Source of the DNA: Candidatus Iainarchaeum sp.
GTDB taxonomy: Archaea; Iainarchaeota; Iainarchaeia; Iainarchaeales; DTGL01
NCBI GenBank assembly: GCA_026413945.1
Contig: JAOAJX010000001.1
Span: 64,001 to 128,000 of the forward strand
DNA length: 64,000 nucleotides
Reading direction: 5' to 3'
Shown in pieces: positions 56,678 to 64,000 of the stretch (the first letter of the stretch is position 1; every line of letters begins with the position of its first letter). A model generated the notes under the pieces. It did no database searches. It worked only from the letters and a program-made list of their open reading frames with translations, and was not told the origin of the DNA. Both the position numbers and the translations under genes were made by a program.

Positions 56678-57289
56678 ATGGGGTGTTTTATAGTCTTTGA
56701 AGGGATAGATGGTTGTGGTAAAGGAACGATGCTTTCGCTTGCTGCAAAATGGCTTTTCTCTATGGAGTTTGATAACATACTCCTTACAAGAGAGCCAACT
56801 TATTCAGGTATTGGCAAACAGATCAGGAGCATATTGAAGTCTGATACAAACCCCATAGAAAAAGCAAAGATTATGTTGAGCTTGTATATCGAAGATAGAA
56901 AAGAGCATGTTGAAAAGGTTATAAAGCCTGCTTTGCGGCTAAACTCAATCATACTATGTGATAGGTATAAGTACTCGACAATGTGTTATCAACATGCTCA
57001 AGGAATCCCTATTGAAAAAATAATTGTTGCACATAAGAGAATGCTTGTTCCAGATCTTGTCCTTGTGCTTGATGTTGATGTGGAAATCGCGATGGCCAGA
57101 ATGAGCTTAGAAAGAAAGAAGAAAGAAAAGTTTGAGCATAGAGACTTCCTAAAAGAAATCAGAGAAACTTATCTTGAAATACCGAAGCTACTTCCTGATG
57201 AAAACATAAAAGTAATAGATGCAAACAGAAGCACTGATGAAGTATTTGATAGTGTAAAGAGAGAAATATCTAAAGTATTGAAGGATTAG
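56678..57289 (+). CDS. tmk: Thymidylate kinase
   Basis: FIVFEGIDGCGKGT, TREPT, DR.EH, LCDRY..ST..YQ, PDL...LD, FE. Confidence 0.95.
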   Translation: MGCFIVFEGIDGCGKGTMLSLAAKWLFSMEFDNILLTREPTYSGIGKQIRSILKSDTNPIEKAKIMLSLYIEDRKEHVEKVIKPALRLNSIILCDRYKYSTMCYQHAQGIPIEKIIVAHKRMLVPDLVLVLDVDVEIAMARMSLERKKKEKFEHRDFLKEIRETYLEIPKLLPDENIKVIDANRSTDEVFDSVKREISKVLKD

Positions 57290-57305
57290 CATAAGGCAGT
57301 TGCTA

Positions 57306-59210
57306 CTACAATTGGTCTTTAAATTTTTCCCTGAAATGACTCCAAGTTATGAGAAAGACGCCGTGAGCTGGCAAGTATGGTTCTAATATGTGGGCGATAT
57401 TGTTTGTGTAGTCTGGGTGCTTTCTTGTGCCTTCAATCATCAATAGGGTTTCTCTGTCAATAAGACCCGCGTCATTTAGATCCGAAACTAATGCTTCGAA
57501 ATCCTCTTTTGTAGAAATATACTTTGGCAATTTCAAGTCAGCTGAAACACTTAATATCCACTGCATGTAATCTTTTGCTTCATCAAAATTGTTTTGTGAT
57601 GTGTGGTAATCAGCCAAAAGCATTGTGAAAAAGGTACTTGCCCCTACGCCGCTGCTTTCTTGACCATAAGTTGGTGGATAATCCATAATTCCGCCCAAGG
57701 CACTGTACTTTAAGTTTTTTTCTGTGAAATCAACTGTGCTTTTTAGTCGTTCATCATTGCTTGGGAAAACATTAAAAAATGACAATGCAAGCACTGATGC
57801 ATCTGGGCCAGTGATAACACTTGTTGCGTCTTCAACTTTTATTGTTTTTATAAAGGTGTTGAGTCGGCTGTTCCACATGAATGACATTATAGATTCGCGA
57901 AGGAGATTCTGCTTGTCTAAAGGCGGATATTGTAATCTTATTCGATCGGCCACCGCACTCAACTCCCTAAGTGCTGCACAACACACTGCATTGCACCATA
58001 TTTCATAGCCGTAATCCATTGGGCTATAATCATGTATTGATGATGGTGTAAGAACAAGGTTTTTGCCAGGTATTATTTTTGAATTTATAAAATCAACTGA
58101 TTTTTCAATGCGCTCCCAATTATGCTCAGCAAACTCATAATCTGAGCTTTTAGAGACATACTTAGCAAAAGCGTATAAGAAAAGTGCTGTGCAATCTGGC
58201 TCAACTTTGCGGTAGCTTGCATCATTACCATGATAATCCCATCTTTGTGGCAACGCACCTGTGTGTCTATTTTGACCTTTTATTGCAAATGAAAGCGCTT
58301 TTTTTGCCTCTTCGTACTTTCCGGCATAGACTAGGCCGAGTGTTGAAAGTAAGTGTGATCTGGGGTATATGTAATTAAGCATGGCGCTTAAGCCTGAAGT
58401 TATTCCACCATTTTCCAGCTGTGCTTTTGTGATGAGTTCAATGGAGTTCTTGAAAAGCGCTTCGGCGTTTTCTTTATCAAAAGATACGATAGATATACTT
58501 GCTTTTTTCTTTTCTTTTTTCTGCTTTTTTTCCTGTAAAATTGGCCTTGCAATTACTTCTTGCTGTTCTATTGGCATTTCTTCTTTTTCCTCTTCTGTGA
58601 GGGTTTGTGTATCTTTACTTTCAGAAGCGAATTCCTCAAATACGCTTTTTACTTCTTTCTGTGTTTTATCACTCATATAATAGTTATCGCTTTTTGGCAC
58701 TGAATAAGAGATTGTTTTTTGAAGTGGTTGCTTCTGAAGTGGCTTTTCTTCAATTATGGGCTCAAATGCATTTGAAATTTTTTCTTTAGGAATCACATCT
58801 TTTGGCTCTTGTTTTTCTTGGTCTTCAAATAAAGTCTTTTCAGCACCAATCTCCTGACTTGGAAAATCTGTTTCAAGAGGACTCTCTTGGATGGTTTTTT
58901 GGTCTTCGATGAGAGGCTTTTTTATCTTACTTCTAAGCTCTTCCAGGGCATCGGCTGATTCCACTGCTTCTTTTTTCGGTAGGCGTTGCTCTATGTTGTC
59001 TGCTAGGAGCGTAGCGCGCTTTAAAGCACTTTCATCGCCGCTCTTGGCCTTTTCAAGCTCTTTTTCAAATTGATAAAGAAACATTGAAATGGAATCATCT
59101 TGTATTTCTTCTTCAACAACTTTCGCCTTAAGGTAATTTAATTTTTCTTCAAGCGGTTTTACTCGATCTAAGTTAAAATCTTTTTTGCTAGGGACAAATA
59201 GTTGGACCAT
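57306..59210 (-). CDS. Glycoside hydrolase family 15-like (alpha/alpha)6 protein with long acidic N-terminal region
   Basis: Q.ENGG, G.LPQR...G......EPD.TA, W......F.K, DAS.L.L..F.......RL..T, GG..Y. Confidence 0.7.
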   Translation of the reverse strand: MVQLFVPSKKDFNLDRVKPLEEKLNYLKAKVVEEEIQDDSISMFLYQFEKELEKAKSGDESALKRATLLADNIEQRLPKKEAVESADALEELRSKIKKPLIEDQKTIQESPLETDFPSQEIGAEKTLFEDQEKQEPKDVIPKEKISNAFEPIIEEKPLQKQPLQKTISYSVPKSDNYYMSDKTQKEVKSVFEEFASESKDTQTLTEEEKEEMPIEQQEVIARPILQEKKQKKEKKKASISIVSFDKENAEALFKNSIELITKAQLENGGITSGLSAMLNYIYPRSHLLSTLGLVYAGKYEEAKKALSFAIKGQNRHTGALPQRWDYHGNDASYRKVEPDCTALFLYAFAKYVSKSSDYEFAEHNWERIEKSVDFINSKIIPGKNLVLTPSSIHDYSPMDYGYEIWCNAVCCAALRELSAVADRIRLQYPPLDKQNLLRESIMSFMWNSRLNTFIKTIKVEDATSVITGPDASVLALSFFNVFPSNDERLKSTVDFTEKNLKYSALGGIMDYPPTYGQESSGVGASTFFTMLLADYHTSQNNFDEAKDYMQWILSVSADLKLPKYISTKEDFEALVSDLNDAGLIDRETLLMIEGTRKHPDYTNNIAHILEPYLPAHGVFLITWSHFREKFKDQL

Positions 59211-59761
59211 TCAATCACCTTTAAAATTCTATACATATATAACATGCGGTATATAAAAACTTATCGCATTGGGGCTATAATTTTATTTTTTCAGCAACTC
59301 ATGAAAAGATGTTTTTATCAACAAAGGTTGTAATTTGTGAATAGTGAAAGAAACACTTTTCCCTGAAATTTGTGATTTTTGTTACATTTTTCTGGGCTAA
59401 GTTTAATTAAGGCTATTTTTATGTGTATGCTGATTGTTTCTATATGATTAGTGATCAAACATTAAGCATTTTTTGCATAATTTGGAAACGTTCTTGTATT
59501 GCGTTTTAGCAATTTTTTGGTTAAATGTTTAAAAGAAGAAAAGCTATGAGAATAGCGTTTCGGTATTTTGTGAAAAGGTTTGTTTACTAAGCTTCTCTCT
59601 TATGTCTCTTATGGCTTTTTTTAGTTATATCATTAAACCAAAATCACCTATTCTCTCTTGTTTCGGTTTCTACAAAAAAGCAATAAATTTGCATGAGGGC
59701 GTAATTTGTTTTTATTTGATGCTGTGCAATAATTATTAATGTTTTTACAGCAGTTTTACAT

Positions 59762-60658
59762 ATGAATAAAAAAATTCTAGTAACTGGAAGCAGCGGTTTT
59801 GTCGGAAAAGCCCTTGTTAGTGAATTAAAGCGAAGGGGTTTTGAGGTAAAAGAATTTGATCTGAATAATGGCATGGATATTCTTAATTATCATGATTGTA
59901 AAAAAGCAGTAAAAGGATGCTATGCTGTTGTGCACTGTGCGGCAATTCTCGATGAAAGCTCCAAAATGCTTTTTAAAGTAAATGTTGAAGGTACTGAAAA
60001 TATTATAAAGGCGGCTTCCGAAGAAAAAGTGGAGAGGTTTTTGTTTATAAGTACTGCTGGCGTTCATGGTCCGCAAGATGGCAAAGTAAGTGAAGAAAGC
60101 CCGGTATTACCACAAACAAAGTATGAAAAATCAAAAGCCATGGCTGAAGAAAAAGTTGAAGAGTTTCAAGAAATGATACATATTACAATAATAAGGCCCG
60201 CAATTGTTCTCGGACCAAACGAATATTGGAAAAAGATATTTAAAATGATAAAAAGTGGTTTTCCTCTCATAGGCTCAGGGAAAAATAAATGGCAAATAAT
60301 ATACATAGATGATCTTATAGATGCAATTGCTTTTTGCTTGGAAAATGAAAAAACCTCTGACGAAAAGTTTATTGTTGCAGAAGAAAAAGCACTTACTCTT
60401 GAAGAACTTTGTCTGGAAATAAGAGTTGCTTTGGGCCTTGAAAGAAAGATTATGAAAATTCCTGTTTGGTTAGGAAAGTTAATTGCTTATTTATACATAA
60501 TACCTTTTGGGAAAAAGATAATAACTCCCGCACATGTTGACAGGCTGATAAGGAATCGAGAATATTCTATTGAGAGAATAAAGAAAGCTGGTTGGAAACC
60601 TAAGTGGGATGCAAAAAAAGGTATTCTGGCATTGGCGAAATCTGCAAAAATGCATTAA
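59762..60658 (+). CDS. NAD-dependent epimerase/dehydratase (extended SDR)
   Basis: ILVTGSSGFVG, VVHCAA, VNV.GT, YEKSK, IRPA.V.GP. Confidence 0.92.
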   Translation: MNKKILVTGSSGFVGKALVSELKRRGFEVKEFDLNNGMDILNYHDCKKAVKGCYAVVHCAAILDESSKMLFKVNVEGTENIIKAASEEKVERFLFISTAGVHGPQDGKVSEESPVLPQTKYEKSKAMAEEKVEEFQEMIHITIIRPAIVLGPNEYWKKIFKMIKSGFPLIGSGKNKWQIIYIDDLIDAIAFCLENEKTSDEKFIVAEEKALTLEELCLEIRVALGLERKIMKIPVWLGKLIAYLYIIPFGKKIITPAHVDRLIRNREYSIERIKKAGWKPKWDAKKGILALAKSAKMH

Positions 60659-61455
60659 TTTTTCTTTCTGCTTTTTGCACCGTCCTCAGCTGATTTTACC
60701 ATTTTTGCCAAGTGCTTTTTTGCTTTTTCTAAATCATTTGAAAGTTTCTCTATTGCTGCACCAACATGTAAAATGTCAGCACCTGCTTTTGTACAATTTT
60801 TTGCTTGTTCACATGTTTTTATACCACCAGCAACCACTATAGGTATATCTACCATGGACTTGGCTTCAAAAATCATGTCTATTGGCACGGGCTCATGAGC
60901 GCCGCCACCCGCTTCCAATATTGCGATGTGTGCGCCCATGTATTGGCCTGCAAGTGTAGTGACTGCTGCAAGGTAAGGCAGTTCTCTTGGAATTAGCTTT
61001 GCCCTACCAATCCAACCAGCCGCTCTCCCAGGCTCCACGAGTATGTATGATGTTGGTATTACTTCTATGCCCGCTCGCTTTACAGGATAGCTTGAGGCAA
61101 TCTGTGCACCGCTTATATAGTATGGGTCTAAAGAATTTAGCATGCTCATAAAATATATCGCATCGGCTTTTGGGGATATTGTTGCAATGTTACCTGGAAA
61201 AAGAATTACTGGGATGTTTGTGTTATCCTTTATTTTTTTTATTGTATCGTCAAGCAATGTTCCCTGGGCTCCAACTGAACCACCAACACTTATTGCAGAA
61301 ACTCCGGCTTCTTCAGCTATTTTTGCTAACGAACCAGCCTTCTCTGGCTCTTGGTTTGGAGGATCAATTACTAAAAATATAAGCCCCTTTCTTTCCTCAA
61401 TCCTATCCAGAACTTGGCGATAAACCTTACCAAAATGCTTCTCAAATATTTTCAT
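60655..61455 (-). CDS. Geranylgeranylglyceryl phosphate synthase family (group II-like)
   Basis: IDP, VGGS, PVILFPG, ADAI.FMS.LNS..PY.I.G.Q, PT.YI.VEPG, LEAG.G, GGGI-like AGGI. Confidence 0.88.
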   Translation of the reverse strand: MKIFEKHFGKVYRQVLDRIEERKGLIFLVIDPPNQEPEKAGSLAKIAEEAGVSAISVGGSVGAQGTLLDDTIKKIKDNTNIPVILFPGNIATISPKADAIYFMSMLNSLDPYYISGAQIASSYPVKRAGIEVIPTSYILVEPGRAAGWIGRAKLIPRELPYLAAVTTLAGQYMGAHIAILEAGGGAHEPVPIDMIFEAKSMVDIPIVVAGGIKTCEQAKNCTKAGADILHVGAAIEKLSNDLEKAKKHLAKMVKSAEDGAKSRKKN

Positions 61456-61467
61456 AAAAACACCACA

Positions 61468-62127
61468 CTATAAGTATTTGGCCTTAAGGGTTTTTAAGAC
61501 GAAGTCAATGTTTGCTTTTTGGTCGCTTTTTAGAATAACCCCATGTCCTGGAAGTAGCAACTTGAAATCAATATTTTTAAGCATTGAAATTGAGTTTAAA
61601 AGTTTTTTTTCGTCACCACCCGGAAGATCTGTCCTACCACAATTACCTGCAAAAAGAGTATCACCCGAAAAAAGAAGCTTTTGCTTTTGTTCGTAGTAGC
61701 AGACAGAGCCTTTTGTGTGTCCCGGCGTGTGAATAATCTTTAGTGAAAAAGGTTCGATATTTATGTTTTCATTCCCTGAGAGATGCTTATCTATATTGAA
61801 AATAATTTCTTGGCCAGTGATGTTTGCCAGAGTATAGTGAAGGTCACCAAGTTCAATTGCTTCAGCATCTTTTTCATGCATGAATTTCTGAGAATTTCTA
61901 AAAAGGTTAGCGCAGCCTATATGATCTGCATGTGCATGAGTGAAGAGAAGTATTGAAACATCTTCTGGTGAGATGTGTAGCTCAGAGAGACCTTCTTTAA
62001 GTTGCTTTTCATTTGTGTTTATGCTTGTATCAATAAGCACTATTTCTTTTCCACATAGGATATAAACGTTGCTACCAAGATTGGGGGAATAAAAAGCGAA
62101 AATGTTTTTTGTAATGCTTTCAATCAT
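61468..62127 (-). CDS. MBL-fold metallo-hydrolase (glyoxalase II-like)
   Basis: THAHADHIG, HTPGHT.GS, FSGDTLF...GRTDLPGG, PGHG. Confidence 0.92.
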   Translation of the reverse strand: MIESITKNIFAFYSPNLGSNVYILCGKEIVLIDTSINTNEKQLKEGLSELHISPEDVSILLFTHAHADHIGCANLFRNSQKFMHEKDAEAIELGDLHYTLANITGQEIIFNIDKHLSGNENINIEPFSLKIIHTPGHTKGSVCYYEQKQKLLFSGDTLFAGNCGRTDLPGGDEKKLLNSISMLKNIDFKLLLPGHGVILKSDQKANIDFVLKTLKAKYL

Positions 62128-62215
62128 ACTTATTAGATGTGGTTTCTTGTTTTTATTTCTTACTTAAATTGCCACCAGTATTAAAATAAAATGCTATGCG
62201 GCAGATATCAGTAGT

Positions 62216-63583
62216 ATGACAACCGTGCTAGATTATAGGAAAATTGTAGATAGCATACTGGCAAAGACTGGTAAGAGTGAAAAAGACATAAAAGACATGA
62301 TTAGCAACAAGATTGAAAGATTCGCTGGTTTGCTAACTGAAGAGGGAGCAGCATTCATGGTTGCAAAAGAGCTTGGATTAGAAGTTGAAATTGAATTCCA
62401 ATCTGAAAGAAATTTGAAGATAAGTGATCTGAGAAAAGGGCTAAAAAACGTGTGTTTGCTTGCAAGAGTCCTTAATATTGGCGAAATTAGATCTTTTGAG
62501 CGAGATGGTAGGAAAGGCCGATATTGCAAAATAGTTATTGCTGATGAAACCGGAGAAACTACACTAACTCTTTGGGATAGACAAGTTCAGATGATAGACT
62601 CAGAAAAAATATGCAAAGGGGGTGCTTTGTTTGTTGATGGGTGTTATGTTACTGAATTCAGAGGAAATCTTGCATTGTCCCTTAGCTTAAGAGGAAGAAT
62701 ATATAATGCTGATGGCAGATATGATTTGAGTAAACTTCCCCGAGTAAAGCCATCTCTTGTAAGACTGTCTGATATTAAAGAGCCAACAAAAAATGTTGAC
62801 TTCTTTGCTAGAGTAACAAGGGTTTTTGACAGGTTCGAATTTGAAAAAGATGGTGACAAAGGAGATGTCCTACGATTTGAGGTTTGGGATGGAAAAAAGA
62901 TTACAAAGGTGGTGGCTTGGCACAATATTACTAGCAAAGCCCAAAAATTATATAGTGGCGAATTGATTAAGATTGAAGGTGCTGATGTGAAAGAAGGTCG
63001 CAATGGCCTTGAAGTACATCTTGGCACGAGATCAAGGATTATTGAAAACCCAAAAACAGAAATTGTTATTCCGGAAATTTACGAAATCACGGGCAAAAGC
63101 TATGTCAGGAAGAAGATAAATGAGATTACTGAAGCAAATTATTTTGCCGAGGTTTTTGCAGAGATAGTTTCTGTTAGAAAAAGCAAATTCTTATACGATT
63201 TTTGTAATGAATGTCGAGCTAGCTCATCAAACTCTGTTTGTGAAAGATGTGGAAAAAAAACTAAGAAAAGGCTTGTTGTTTCTTTAAGGATAGATGATGG
63301 CTTCGCAAATATCAATTGCATTATGTTTGGGCGTGTTGCTGAAAATGTCACGGGCTTTAGCACATTGAAGCTCACTGAGTTGGTTGAAAAAGATGGAACT
63401 GACAAAGCACTAAAGTTGCTTGAAGAAAAAATGATTGGTTCTTTCGTTTTGCTTCATGGGACAAGCCGTAAATCAATTGGTCAAAAAGAAGAAATTGAGA
63501 TGATTGTGGATGATATTTTGCCTATAGATAATAAAAAAGAGGTTGAGGGGTTTTATTATGCTTTATCGGAAATGAAGCCCTGA
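62216..63583 (+). CDS. rpa: Replication protein A (multiple OB folds plus zinc finger)
   Basis: GLLTEEGA..MVA.ELG N-terminus, DETG...LTLWD OB folds, C..C.......C..CG, DDG. Confidence 0.9.
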   Translation: MTTVLDYRKIVDSILAKTGKSEKDIKDMISNKIERFAGLLTEEGAAFMVAKELGLEVEIEFQSERNLKISDLRKGLKNVCLLARVLNIGEIRSFERDGRKGRYCKIVIADETGETTLTLWDRQVQMIDSEKICKGGALFVDGCYVTEFRGNLALSLSLRGRIYNADGRYDLSKLPRVKPSLVRLSDIKEPTKNVDFFARVTRVFDRFEFEKDGDKGDVLRFEVWDGKKITKVVAWHNITSKAQKLYSGELIKIEGADVKEGRNGLEVHLGTRSRIIENPKTEIVIPEIYEITGKSYVRKKINEITEANYFAEVFAEIVSVRKSKFLYDFCNECRASSSNSVCERCGKKTKKRLVVSLRIDDGFANINCIMFGRVAENVTGFSTLKLTELVEKDGTDKALKLLEEKMIGSFVLLHGTSRKSIGQKEEIEMIVDDILPIDNKKEVEGFYYALSEMKP

Positions 63584-63628
63584 AAAAACCATAAAAAGCT
63601 ATTATTCAAATATATTTTTGGTGTGAGT

Positions 63629-64000
63629 ATGAGCACTCAAAGGATAAGGGATTTAACAGATCTTCCAGGTATAGGCACACAAGCAGCCGAGAAACTCATG
63701 GCTGCAAACTATAAGACAATAGAAAGCATTGCCATTGCTTCACCGATTGAGCTCACAGAAATTGCAGGCCTCGGCGAGAAAACCGCTGAAAAAGCTATTA
63801 ACGCTGCAAGGGAAGCATTAGGTATGGGTTTTGAAACTGCCGATAAAGTACATGAAAGACGTGCTAAAATTGGTCGTATAAGTACAGGCAGTAAAGAACT
63901 TGACGCGCTCCTAGGCGGTGGCGTTGAAAGCCAAAGCATAACAGAGGTATACGGAAAAATGGCTTCGGGTAAAACTCAATGGTGTTTTCAGCTTTGTGTA
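63629..64000 (+). CDS. radA: DNA repair and recombination protein RadA (runs off the right edge)
   Basis: Manual translation [16 protein letters not shown]...GFETA...[35 protein letters not shown]. Confidence 0.95.
   Translation, partial: MSTQRIRDLTDLPGIGTQAAEKLMAANYKTIESIAIASPIELTEIAGLGEKTAEKAINAAREALGMGFETADKVHERRAKIGRISTGSKELDALLGGGVESQSITEVYGKMASGKTQWCFQLCV

Overview
Gene-dense (~37% GC by eye) archaeal chromosome segment with GGTGA-type ribosome-binding sites. It is probably a DPANN lineage such as Iainarchaeota/Diapherotrites, inferred from gene content and not proven. Housekeeping content: split Hef helicase/nuclease, Rpp21, the rps19e-PDCD5-rpl39e-rpl31e-eIF6-rplX-pfdA-ftsY-srp54 operon, DnaG, Hjc, Pth2, rps8e, Cgi121, rpl44e, Tmk, GGGP synthase, RPA, RadA and four tRNAs (Gly CCC, GCC, TCC; Val TAC). 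Three accessory blocks stand out. (1) A ~13.3 kb expanded His-Xaa-Ser (Hxs) peptide-modification cluster (27.8-41.1 kb) with seven radical SAM enzymes, two HxsD-like proteins, a DUF483-like protein, its own A24 prepilin peptidase, a pilin-like protein, and a precursor with 14 tandem HxS triplets behind a possible prepilin-like leader. (2) A Fur/PerR oxidative-stress operon containing a 49-aa stand-alone NrdD glycyl-radical-domain ORF missed by the ORF track, plus a peroxiredoxin with a metallothionein-like 13-Cys N-terminus. (3) A type IV pilus locus with large Cys-rich surface proteins next to the Hxs cluster. All calls come from motif recognition by eye; no searches were run.
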